A DNA stretch of 20,000 nt from Lentisphaeria bacterium (GCA_041690595.1 JAWLHB010000041.1:55409-75408); one strand, 5' to 3'; positions 7,893 to 16,168 are shown, counted from the stretch's first letter. The notes: a model not told the origin generated them from the sequence alone. A program made the numbers and translations.

Positions 7893-9590
7893 ATGTCCGA
7901 TTCCATTGACAGTCTGATCCCATCACTTCAGGGATCCGAAACCACCTTGATCCCGGCCCAGTTGATCTCCCGCTCCTATACCTGGGGCTCCAAACGCTTC
8001 ATGCGACGCTACGTCGGTGACGTCCTGCACCATACCATCGGCCTGCAGCGACCCGTACCCAAGGCCCGCTTTGCCATGGCCACCAACCTCAACCAGGTTG
8101 ATCCGGATCAGTGGGTTGAGATCCCCCTCACGCAGATCGGACCGCGCGAATTCCTCTTCGAACTTCCCCTCGAACGGCGTGGCCTCTTCGCCTTCAGGCT
8201 CCGTTATTCCCCCGATGACGGCCGCACCTGGATGTGGGACCGCGTACCCGAAAGCTGGATCATGGTCGACCCCGCCGCCGTTCGCGGTCTCAAGATGTAC
8301 ACCCTCCTTCCCCCCGCCAGTGGCAGTTGCGCCGACTGGATCATCCAGTTGCCACACATCAAGGCCATGGGCTTCAACATGGTCCACCTGTTGCCACTCA
8401 CCCTGATGGACACATCGCTGAGCCCATATGCCGCCGCCGACCTCTTTGCCCTCGATCACCGCTACGCCGACCCCGACGATCCCCGCGATCCCTTGGCTCA
8501 ATTCGAAGTTTTCGTCGAGGCCGCGGCCGAACACGGCATCGGCCTCTGCATCGACCTCGTCTTCAACCATGTCGGCCTCAACAGCAATCTCGCCCGCCAA
8601 CGCCCGGAATGGATCATGCCCGATGAGCGCGAGCACGACGGCTTTCGCCGCGCTGGCTGGGAAGGCGCCGATGGCTGGCACAAGTGGCTTGATCTCGCGC
8701 TGATCGACTATGCCCATGCCATGCCCGAGACCCGCCGCCACCTATGGGAGTACATGCGAGGCTACTGCCGCTTCTGGGCCGATTTCGCCGCCCGTACCGG
8801 CGGCATGATCCGGCTCGACAACCTCCACAGCAGCCACGAAAGCTTTGCCCGGTGGGTACTCGACGACCTGCGCACCGCTCATCCCAACCTCATCGTCTTT
8901 GCCGAACTCTTTGCCGATCATTCCATCAACGAACGCCTGATCCGCGATTTCGGCCTCAATCTTCTGCTCGGAACCCAATGGGAGCATCATTTCGTCCCCG
9001 AGCTGCGCCGCTACCTCACCTTCGTCCACAGCATCCCTCAGCGCGTGCGATACTTCCTGCCCATCTCCACCCACGACAGCGGCACACCCACGCAGGAATT
9101 CGGCGATGTCCGCTCCACGCTTCCTCGCTACGCCATCTCCTGTTTCTATTCCCAAGGCCATACCGGCATGACCCAGGGCGTCGAATTCGGCAGCAAGGCC
9201 AGAACCCACTTCATCGGCAGCAACGTCTCCATCACCCTCACCGACGGCATCGATTATACAGACATCATCCGTCGCTTTCACGGCCTCATGGACAGCTCGC
9301 CCGTCTTCCTCCAGAACGGCAACCTCCGCTTCATCGACGACCAGCATCACGCCATCATCGGCGCATGGCGAGGCGAATCCCCTGAAGCACCCGATGGCTA
9401 CATCCTCCTTACCAACTTCGACATCCATCACGAGCAGAGCATCTCCCTCGATTTCCGTAAGTACGGACTGGCTATGGACAGACGCTATCTTCATGAGCAA
9501 TTGACCGATGAGCAGGTGCTCGTTCATGGGGATCGCCTCGATGTCCTCCTCCCACCCTGCGGGGTCAAGGTCTATAAGATCATGGTGTAA
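7893..9590 (+). CDS. GH13 alpha-amylase family enzyme resembling the glucanotransferase domain of glycogen debranching enzyme
   Basis: GFNMVHLLP, SPYA and DLVFNH motifs. Catalytic regions: RLDNLHS (Asp 8817-8819), FAELF (Glu 8904-8906) and THD (Asp 9075-9077). C-terminal beta domain. Confidence 0.88.
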   Translation: MSDSIDSLIPSLQGSETTLIPAQLISRSYTWGSKRFMRRYVGDVLHHTIGLQRPVPKARFAMATNLNQVDPDQWVEIPLTQIGPREFLFELPLERRGLFAFRLRYSPDDGRTWMWDRVPESWIMVDPAAVRGLKMYTLLPPASGSCADWIIQLPHIKAMGFNMVHLLPLTLMDTSLSPYAAADLFALDHRYADPDDPRDPLAQFEVFVEAAAEHGIGLCIDLVFNHVGLNSNLARQRPEWIMPDEREHDGFRRAGWEGADGWHKWLDLALIDYAHAMPETRRHLWEYMRGYCRFWADFAARTGGMIRLDNLHSSHESFARWVLDDLRTAHPNLIVFAELFADHSINERLIRDFGLNLLLGTQWEHHFVPELRRYLTFVHSIPQRVRYFLPISTHDSGTPTQEFGDVRSTLPRYAISCFYSQGHTGMTQGVEFGSKARTHFIGSNVSITLTDGIDYTDIIRRFHGLMDSSPVFLQNGNLRFIDDQHHAIIGAWRGESPEAPDGYILLTNFDIHHEQSISLDFRKYGLAMDRRYLHEQLTDEQVLVHGDRLDVLLPPCGVKVYKIMV

Positions 9591-9676
9591 GGGTTTCGCG
9601 ACAGCTTGTTGCCCAATTGACGCGATTGCCGGACACCTTCGGCGCTGCGCGTTCAGTCTCACGCAAGCACCGTGGA

Positions 9677-9692
9677 TGGCATCGGATCTGCT
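9677..9692 (+). promoter_or_regulatory. Candidate sigma54 (-24/-12) promoter
   Basis: TGGCATCGGATCTGCT has GG-N10-GC spacing and is close to the TGGCAC-N5-TTGCW consensus. It is followed by AT-rich TATAAACT and lies in an intergenic region. Confidence 0.6.
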
Positions 9693-9702
9693 TATAAACT
9701 AA

Positions 9703-9856
9703 CCGGGTCGGTGTCTGTGCACCGGCTCGAGATCAGCCAGATGCAAGACCGTTGGAGCGACAGCAAGCGGGGCGCCTTGACCAAGGCGCGCTGGAATCCG
9801 GGGTGTGCGTTGTGGGCGGGGGATCGCCGTCCGTTGCAAGGCAGCGGGCGACCACA
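9703..9856 (+). ncRNA. Candidate structured leader RNA or sRNA
   Basis: Three stems at 9704-9729, 9772-9789 and 9828-9850, two of them with G-U pairs. The first begins at the predicted sigma54 +1. Confidence 0.35.
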
Positions 9857-9891
9857 TGAAAACAACGTCTCCAACTTCAGAGGACTTCTCT

Positions 9892-10251
9892 ATGGCCATC
9901 TCTGTCATTGCCAACAGCGCCACTCGTACGCTTGAGGTGAAAGTGCGCGACAAGTTGACCCGCGAAGACTTGGCGCGACTCCGTCCTTCCGTCGAGAGAC
10001 TCATCAAAGCCTGTGGCAAGATCCGCGTTCTCTTCAATATGGAAGACTTTCACGGTTGGCGCACCAGCTCCGTTTGGGAAGACATCAAGTTCGACCTCAG
10101 TCATCATGACGACATCGAGCGCCTCGCCATGGTTGGCGACCGACAGTGGGAAAAATGGATGGCGGCCTTCTGCAAGGTCTTCACCACTGCCGATATCCGC
10201 TACTTTGACGAAGCCGAACTCGGTCGCGCCCGTCACTGGGTCGCTGCCTGA
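9892..10251 (+). CDS. SpoIIAA-like (STAS/SEC14 domain) protein
   Basis: KLTREDL..GKIRVLF..DFHGW....WEDIKFD...IERLAMVGDRQWEKW..F....IRYF......ARHW family pattern; AGAGGA RBS. Confidence 0.88.
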   Translation: MAISVIANSATRTLEVKVRDKLTREDLARLRPSVERLIKACGKIRVLFNMEDFHGWRTSSVWEDIKFDLSHHDDIERLAMVGDRQWEKWMAAFCKVFTTADIRYFDEAELGRARHWVAA

Positions 10252-10322
10252 AGCCTCGGCAACGAATGGGCCTCATGATCGACGCTCTCCTTTTCAAGGC
10301 GTCTCGATAAGCAGCTGTACAA

Positions 10323-10366
10323 CGGCGCCCGCGGTTTTATAGTATCCTTTAAAATCGAGGGCGCCG
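10323..10366. repeat. 17-bp-arm imperfect inverted repeat overlapping a TATAGT -10 and the GAGG RBS
   Basis: CGGCGCCC-G-CGGTTTTA [TAGTATCCTT] TAAAATCG-A-GGGCGCCG, with one mismatch and one G-T pair. Confidence 0.75.
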
Positions 10367-10369
10367 CCA

Positions 10370-11026
10370 TTGCATGATCTGAAAGAGCTGCAGCAGATGA
10401 TCCCCAGAAGCCTCCCCAGTTGGCCCCTGTGGCTGACGGTGGTCGTCTGCGGTATCCTCACTACCGGGGCATTCTACCTCGATGTTATTCAGCCCCTCGG
10501 GGTGGCCGGCGGTATTCCTTACGTGGCCGTCGTCCTCATCTCCTCCTTTGCCAGCAATCGCCTCTTGACTGCTGTCCTCACGCTCCTGAGCGTGTTGCTC
10601 ATCGTCCTTGGCTTCCATCTCTCTCCCCCGGGCGCCGCGGAATGGATTGACTCCCTTAACCGTACCCAGGCCATCGCCGTGGTTGTCCTCATCGCTGCCG
10701 TCCTCATCCATCGCATCAGCGTCCTCAATCAACGCGAGCTGATGATGCAGGAACTCGGCGAAGCCGTCGATCGCATCAAACTGCTCCATGGCTTGCTCCC
10801 CATCTGTTCAGCGTGCAAGAAGATCAAGACGGAAGCGGGCCTATGGCGCCAGCTCGAGTCCTACATCCAGGAGCATTCCCAGGCAGAGTTCACCCACGGT
10901 ATCTGCAACGAGTGCGCTGAGACGCTCTATAAGGACTTCGTCGAGAAGCGCGCCCAGGAGATCGAACCGGATGAAGCGGCCCTCGCTGCCCGGGAAGCCA
11001 GACGACGGCGCGACGGCGGCGACTGA
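10370..11026 (+). CDS. Membrane sensor-like protein with a C-terminal LPICxxCKKI...HGICxxC domain
   Basis: Four TM segments (LDVIQPLGVAGGIPYV..., NRTQAIA), a short coiled coil, then LLPICSACKKIK..W..LESYI..HS.AEFTHGICNEC. TTG start with GAGG upstream; alternative ATG at 10397. Confidence 0.82.
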   Translation: MHDLKELQQMIPRSLPSWPLWLTVVVCGILTTGAFYLDVIQPLGVAGGIPYVAVVLISSFASNRLLTAVLTLLSVLLIVLGFHLSPPGAAEWIDSLNRTQAIAVVVLIAAVLIHRISVLNQRELMMQELGEAVDRIKLLHGLLPICSACKKIKTEAGLWRQLESYIQEHSQAEFTHGICNECAETLYKDFVEKRAQEIEPDEAALAAREARRRRDGGD

Positions 11027-11030
11027 TCCC

Positions 11031-12311
11031 CTACTTGGCCAGTCGCTGGGCCAGGTAAGCCGCGACGATCTTGGCACCATCGATCAGGTCCCGCACTTCC
11101 ACGCTCTCGTCATCGCTGTGCGCCTTGCCGGCCGTGGCCGGCCCCATCAGCACGCTGGGCGTATCACCATAGCGAGACAAGTTCGCCCCGTCCGCCCAGG
11201 CGCTCATGATCCCGATCTGCGGTGCACTGCGCCGGATCGACGCATACGCCTTGGCCAGCCCCTCCACCAGCGGCGACTCCCGCGGCGTCTCGAATGGCAC
11301 GAGATCCTTGATCCACTCGATTCGCGTTGGATGCTCCGTCAGCCATGGATCCGTTCCCTCCTGCCAGCGGATCTGCTCCTCAAACATCTCGCGCACCGCG
11401 CTGCCGTTCCAGCCGTGCCCGCTGCTCTCCCGATCCGCGGCTTCCTGGATGTGATAAACCAGGTTCAGACTCAGGCGCGCGCTGCCCGCCACCACCGCCG
11501 GATGCACCCCCGCGTGAAAGATGCCCAGATTCACCAAACAGTCCGGATACCGCTTCGTGCGCTGCTCGCTGAATCGGTCGATCCCCTGCTTCACGATCAT
11601 CCCCTTGTCGATGGCGCTGATCCCCCCGTGCGCCGCATGGCCTGAGCGCCCATTGACGTGCAGGTCCGCCGTCAGCACCCCCTGGCAGCCATGCATGATG
11701 TGCAGGCTGTCACCGTCAAGCACAATCGCTTCGTCGCCGAGGAATCCGCGATCGCAGCAGGCAAGCGTCCCTGCTCCCGCACCGTTACACTCCTCATCCA
11801 CCACACTCTGATGAACGATCGTCCCCGCAAATCGCTCCGCATGCTTCAGGATCGCCCGGATCGCGGTCACCCCTGTGGCCATGCCCCCCTTATCATCCGT
11901 CGCGCCCCTGCCGTAGATCGTTCCCGCTTCCAGCCGCGCCGCGAAGGGGTCGAATGTCATCCCCTCCACACCCACCGTATCCATGTGCGAATTGATCACA
12001 ATCGTCGGTCCCGGTCCCAGGTCGAAGACCGACACCAGATTCGGCCGGCCCTTCCATTGCCTGCCTTTCGGGCCGAGCACGCCCACCCGCCTGTAAATAT
12101 CCGGCGGCGGTTCGAACAGATGCGTTTTCGCCCCAAGCTTCTCCATGATCGGGCGCAGATGCTCCTGCCCGTCTCCTTCCAGCCCCGTCGGGCCGGCCCC
12201 CGCATACGGATTGACCGTATTGATGCGGATCAGTGCCTGGGTCAACTCGACCAGGTCATCGGCAAACTCGTCGATATCGTCGCAGAGTACAGGCGTCAGA
12301 TCAGTCGGCAT
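11031..12311 (-). CDS. M20 family metallo-amidohydrolase (ArgE/DapE-like); substrate unknown
   Basis: NSHMDTV, GRGATDDKGG, VDEE, GRSGHAA and C-terminal AHSDDE motifs; AGGAG upstream of the ATG at 12311. Confidence 0.9.
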   Translation of the reverse strand: MPTDLTPVLCDDIDEFADDLVELTQALIRINTVNPYAGAGPTGLEGDGQEHLRPIMEKLGAKTHLFEPPPDIYRRVGVLGPKGRQWKGRPNLVSVFDLGPGPTIVINSHMDTVGVEGMTFDPFAARLEAGTIYGRGATDDKGGMATGVTAIRAILKHAERFAGTIVHQSVVDEECNGAGAGTLACCDRGFLGDEAIVLDGDSLHIMHGCQGVLTADLHVNGRSGHAAHGGISAIDKGMIVKQGIDRFSEQRTKRYPDCLVNLGIFHAGVHPAVVAGSARLSLNLVYHIQEAADRESSGHGWNGSAVREMFEEQIRWQEGTDPWLTEHPTRIEWIKDLVPFETPRESPLVEGLAKAYASIRRSAPQIGIMSAWADGANLSRYGDTPSVLMGPATAGKAHSDDESVEVRDLIDGAKIVAAYLAQRLAK

Positions 12312-12410
12312 GTGGCGGGCTCTCCTGCTGGGCTGGTGTGAAGTTTCCACCTACTATACCCGCCTTGCTCGCTCCTGCCTTCTGCCGGATGACGGATTCC
12401 CCCCATCCGC

Positions 12411-13163
12411 TCATTCCTGACTCTCTCGCAGGCTTCCGGCCGTAACCCTCGCGGGCTCCCGGGCCGGTTCGAGAAACGCTTCCGCCAGCCGGATGGCGGT
12501 CGGCCACCAGGCTATCCACGAATGGCCGGCATGGATCTGAACAAACCTGTGCGGCGTCTTCAAGCGCGTTTCCTCTACCGCCACCTTGCCGTCATCCTGA
12601 CCTTCCACCTTCCAGTTGATGCCGAAGTCACCGGCTACCACCAGCACCCGCATCGTCGATGGAAAGTGCCCCAGATAATCGAATCCATCTTCCGGCGTCT
12701 CCATCAACTGGCGGCCTGCATGCTCGCCGAAATACCATCGCATCAGCCGATTCTTCGACCAGTGTCGCGCAAAGGCCGCTCCTCGATTCGGTGGGGCCAA
12801 CAGCACCGCGCGCCCCTGGCGAGCTTCTCGCGGGCATTCCGGATGGTTCGCTGCAGCCCGTACCACCAGCCCGCCCATGCTGTGCGTCACAAAATGTATC
12901 GGTTCGCCAGGATACTCGTCCGCCACTTCGCGCAACTTCGCTACCAGATCCGCCGCGTGCTCCTCGATCAGCTTGTCGCGGCTCGGATAAACCCAGTTGA
13001 TGACGCGGTGCTCGTTGTCCAACGCTTCGGCAATGCCCAGCATGTTGCCACTGCCTCGCAGGAATCCATGCACCGTGAAGACAGTATCCTTCGCCCCCGG
13101 ATTGCGTGACACACATCCGCTGGTGAAGCCAAAAAGTAAGAGTGCTGACAAGATTCGCTGCAT
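12411..13163 (-). CDS. Lipase/esterase-type alpha/beta hydrolase, probable lipoprotein
   Basis: VHGF oxyanion motif, THSMGG nucleophile elbow, LLAPPNRG, DDGKV and GHSW. The signal peptide ends in FTSG|C (lipobox-like). Confidence 0.85.
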   Translation of the reverse strand: MQRILSALLLFGFTSGCVSRNPGAKDTVFTVHGFLRGSGNMLGIAEALDNEHRVINWVYPSRDKLIEEHAADLVAKLREVADEYPGEPIHFVTHSMGGLVVRAAANHPECPREARQGRAVLLAPPNRGAAFARHWSKNRLMRWYFGEHAGRQLMETPEDGFDYLGHFPSTMRVLVVAGDFGINWKVEGQDDGKVAVEETRLKTPHRFVQIHAGHSWIAWWPTAIRLAEAFLEPAREPARVTAGSLRESQE

Positions 13164-13213
13164 CGTGACTATAGTATGCCGCAACTCCAACCGAACCACA
13201 AGACACCGACTAC

Positions 13214-13981
13214 ATGAAACTTCATTTCAGAACCCATGGCGAAGGACCGCCACTCATCATGCTGCATGGCCTTTTCGGCTCCAGCGCCAACTGGGTGCCA
13301 CAGGCCCGCATACTCGCCAGAGAGTGGCAGGTCATCATCCCCGATCTGCGCAACCACGGTCGCTCCCCATGGGCAGACGAAATGTCCCTCGATGTCATGG
13401 CCGATGACCTCCGCGCCCTGCTCGATGATCGAGGCTTGCCTGCCGCCACCATCATCGGCCACAGCCTGGGAGGGCGGGTCGCCATGCACTTCGCCCTGCT
13501 TCACCCCGAACGCACCACCCGCCTGGGGGTTCTCGACATTGCTCCAGTCGATTATCCCAACCGCTTCGAACGCATGACCGCCGACCTGCTGCGCATTGAT
13601 CCGTCAGCCTGCACGACGCGCGATGAGCTGGAAGCCGCGCTCGCCGACGTCCTGCCCGACCCCAGCGAACGGCAGTTGATCATGATGGGCGTCGCCCGTC
13701 ACGGCAACAGCTTTGTCTGGCGCATCAACCTGCCGGCCATTCGCCGCGCGGCCCCAGCTCTCATGCGCTTTACGGCGCCGCCAGGCGCCATCTATGGCGG
13801 GCCCACCCTCTTCCTGCGCGGGGGCAACTCCAACTACGTCAAAGATGAGTATCGACCCGTCATCCGCGACCTCTTCCCAGACGCGCGCTTCGCCGCGGTG
13901 CAGAATGCCGGACACTGGCTCCACGCGGAACAGCCCGAAGCCTTTCTCCATGCCCTTCAGGGCTGGATCAGGACCACCTGA
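13214..13981 (+). CDS. YbfF/ABHD11-like alpha/beta hydrolase (esterase)
   Basis: LHGLFGSSANW, DLRNHGRS, GHSLGG, LDIAP and AGHWLHAEQP motifs. Confidence 0.9.
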   Translation: MKLHFRTHGEGPPLIMLHGLFGSSANWVPQARILAREWQVIIPDLRNHGRSPWADEMSLDVMADDLRALLDDRGLPAATIIGHSLGGRVAMHFALLHPERTTRLGVLDIAPVDYPNRFERMTADLLRIDPSACTTRDELEAALADVLPDPSERQLIMMGVARHGNSFVWRINLPAIRRAAPALMRFTAPPGAIYGGPTLFLRGGNSNYVKDEYRPVIRDLFPDARFAAVQNAGHWLHAEQPEAFLHALQGWIRTT

Positions 13982-14104
13982 CCACCCCCCATCGCTCCTC
14001 CTTCCCTTCGCTACTCCGTGCATCGAGTCAAATACTCTCCCCTCATCGCTTCCCTTTCCAGCCTCACCGACCGCTCTCCAACACAGCAAAATTTCCGGAG
14101 ATCG

Positions 14105-14132
14105 TTGACTTGTCTATTGTGGCGACTACCTT
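14105..14132 (+). promoter_or_regulatory. Candidate sigma70 promoter TTGACT-N16-TACCTT
   Basis: AT-rich intergenic region about 70 nt upstream of the ATG at 14205. Same architecture as the site at 17413-17440. Confidence 0.5.
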
Positions 14133-14204
14133 TTTACTAAATCGGGTCAGTTTTCGGGTTCTGGGACAATCATGCATTCTCCAAAAAGGGAAGAGGGAAT
14201 AAAA

Positions 14205-16112
14205 ATGAGAAAAGCCTCGCAGTTGTGTTATCTGCTGGTACTGGTGGCCATGGTTGCCGGTACGAGCGCCACTCGCGCCGTTGTCAATGGTGTGCAGACT
14301 GATGACTACAAGTTCGTCGGTCAGGTCTTCATGAATCGCAGCGTCGACATGTATGTCGGCAACGGCGTCCTCATCAATCCCACCATGGCGCTCAGTTCGG
14401 CCGAGATTGCCGCCATCCTGCCCGCGGGCCAGGGAACCATCTACTTCGAAGGGCAGCCCTATACCATAGTCGAAGTCATCATCCATCCGCTTTACAACCC
14501 CAATACGCTCGACTACAATGTCGCCATGCTGGTCCTGCAGTACCCGGTCATGTCGATCGTGCCGAGCCGCTTGATGCAGCGTGCTCCCATCGTCGGAGAA
14601 TCCCTCACGCTCGTCGGCAACGGCTCCCTCTATCCCCAGGGGGCTGTCGATGACGCCACCGCCAAGGTGCGGCGCCAAGGCACCATCATCCTCGACGAAG
14701 TCGCCGCCACCGAAGTAGCATGGACTGTCGATTCGACCGCCGCCGTCACCATCGCCCCGGGCGACGCCGCCGCCGCCACTTTCTACGAAGAAGACGGCGA
14801 TTTCTACCTCGTCAGCGTCGCTACCCGTCACACCCGCGATGACTATGGTGTCGGCGACAATGTCTACAGCGCCCGTGTCGATTCCATGCTGGATTTCCTC
14901 AGCGATCCCATGCCAGGACCGCAGACCGTCGTCTACCGCTTCAACGAGCGTATCACCTTCGCCGGACAAAATACCCGCCGCCTCGTCACCCGCAATGGCT
15001 TCATCGCCATGGATCGTTTCTCCGGCGAAATGTGGTCTATCCACATTTCCCTCGAAGATGGTCAGCGCTATGTGCGTGTCGAACCCTGGCATGCCCAATC
15101 CGTTCCCGGCAGCATCGCTCCCGCCGTTGCCCCACCGGCTACCCACGCCTTCGAAACCGTCGGCGGTTCCTTCGTCCACAGTCTTTATCTGCAACAGCAG
15201 ATCACCCCAGTCGGCATCCAATTGCGCGAGCTTGCCGGGATCAGCGGAACCATGATCTACAACTATCCCTTCGCTCTCACCGCTACCGGCTCCACCTTCA
15301 TCACCGATAGCTCCGATAGCTTCGGCATCGATAACACCGTCGGCATCGGCAACTCCAGCATCCGCCTCGACCCCGTCCGCACCAAGAGGGCAATGTACAC
15401 CACGCCACTCAACGTTATCGATGATCCCGACAGCGATCTGGACATCGCCGGCGAGATCTTCCGTGCCTACCCGAACGCCATCGATCAGACGATCCCCGAA
15501 AATGGTAATGGCTCAACGGAAGTGGCTCTCGCCGAGGCGCTTGCCGCGCGCAGCGATCGCGTCACACCCACGGATACTGCCTTCCCCCTCTACGTCTACC
15601 TCGTCCGCGCCTGGGACGTCACCGTCGGGAACGGAAGCTTCAAACGATCCAACGGTATCGGCGCTTTGATCGTCGATCCAAATGCCATTGACGGCGATCA
15701 GGCTCAGCTGCTCGTCGGTTTCCAGGGCGATCGCGCCGGACTCCGCCGGCTCTTCCTCAAGTCCAACAACATCCTGGCCACCAATGGCGCGGATGAGTAC
15801 ACCTTCTTCGACTACTATGATCGCTACCGCGTCAACGACGCCGGCAACGGCTATCTCAATGTCCTTGTCTCCACCCTCAGTGGCAAGGAATACGAGAAGG
15901 TCCTGCTGGTCGGCAGCAGCCCCATCGATGATTTCCCCCTCGTCTGGAATGGCCGCTGGACCTCCGCCGAACCCGGCCAGGTCTCCATGATCGGCTTGAC
16001 CGCCACCTTCAGCAAGCAGTACACGCTTCTCGCCAACGGTAACTTCGAAGCTGCCGTGGCCGATGTCGAACAGGCCTTGCGCGCGGCGCTCGGACAAGAG
16101 CAGTTCGACTGA
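14205..16112 (+). CDS. Secreted protein with a degenerate trypsin-like (S1) domain and a repeated C-terminal domain
   Basis: Signal peptide, then VVNG (IVGG-like), GVLINPTMALSSAE, IIHPLY, YNVAML, LVGNG, APGDAAA, LVSVAT and ARVDSMLDFL, in S1 motif order. GAGGG RBS. Confidence 0.82.
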   Translation: MRKASQLCYLLVLVAMVAGTSATRAVVNGVQTDDYKFVGQVFMNRSVDMYVGNGVLINPTMALSSAEIAAILPAGQGTIYFEGQPYTIVEVIIHPLYNPNTLDYNVAMLVLQYPVMSIVPSRLMQRAPIVGESLTLVGNGSLYPQGAVDDATAKVRRQGTIILDEVAATEVAWTVDSTAAVTIAPGDAAAATFYEEDGDFYLVSVATRHTRDDYGVGDNVYSARVDSMLDFLSDPMPGPQTVVYRFNERITFAGQNTRRLVTRNGFIAMDRFSGEMWSIHISLEDGQRYVRVEPWHAQSVPGSIAPAVAPPATHAFETVGGSFVHSLYLQQQITPVGIQLRELAGISGTMIYNYPFALTATGSTFITDSSDSFGIDNTVGIGNSSIRLDPVRTKRAMYTTPLNVIDDPDSDLDIAGEIFRAYPNAIDQTIPENGNGSTEVALAEALAARSDRVTPTDTAFPLYVYLVRAWDVTVGNGSFKRSNGIGALIVDPNAIDGDQAQLLVGFQGDRAGLRRLFLKSNNILATNGADEYTFFDYYDRYRVNDAGNGYLNVLVSTLSGKEYEKVLLVGSSPIDDFPLVWNGRWTSAEPGQVSMIGLTATFSKQYTLLANGNFEAAVADVEQALRAALGQEQFD

Positions 16113-16128
16113 TTGATCCCATCGATTG

Positions 16129-16163
16129 GGCGCCCGGCGCGGCATCAGCTCGCGCCGGGCGCC
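16129..16163. terminator. Perfect 13-bp GC hairpin between convergent genes; likely bidirectional terminator or stabiliser
   Basis: GGCGCCCGGCGCG-(9 nt)-CGCGCCGGGCGCC, with no U-tract on either side. Confidence 0.65.
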
Positions 16164-16168
16164 AACGA

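Noticed and set aside
8742..9662. 306-aa minus-strand ORF (and 7923-8741)
   Set aside because: Antisense shadows of the GH13 gene.
9672..9935. 87-aa ORF across the structured intergenic region
   Set aside because: No RBS, atypical codon usage, and it overlaps both the sigma54 motif and the SpoIIAA-like start.
14064..15221. 385-aa minus-strand ORF
   Set aside because: Antisense shadow of the secreted trypsin-fold gene, which has the signal peptide, RBS and promoter.
10324..16163. Shared GGCGCCCG arms in the hairpins at 10323 and 16129 as a REP family
   Set aside because: Only about 8 nt of GC-only identity, which is expected by chance at this composition.
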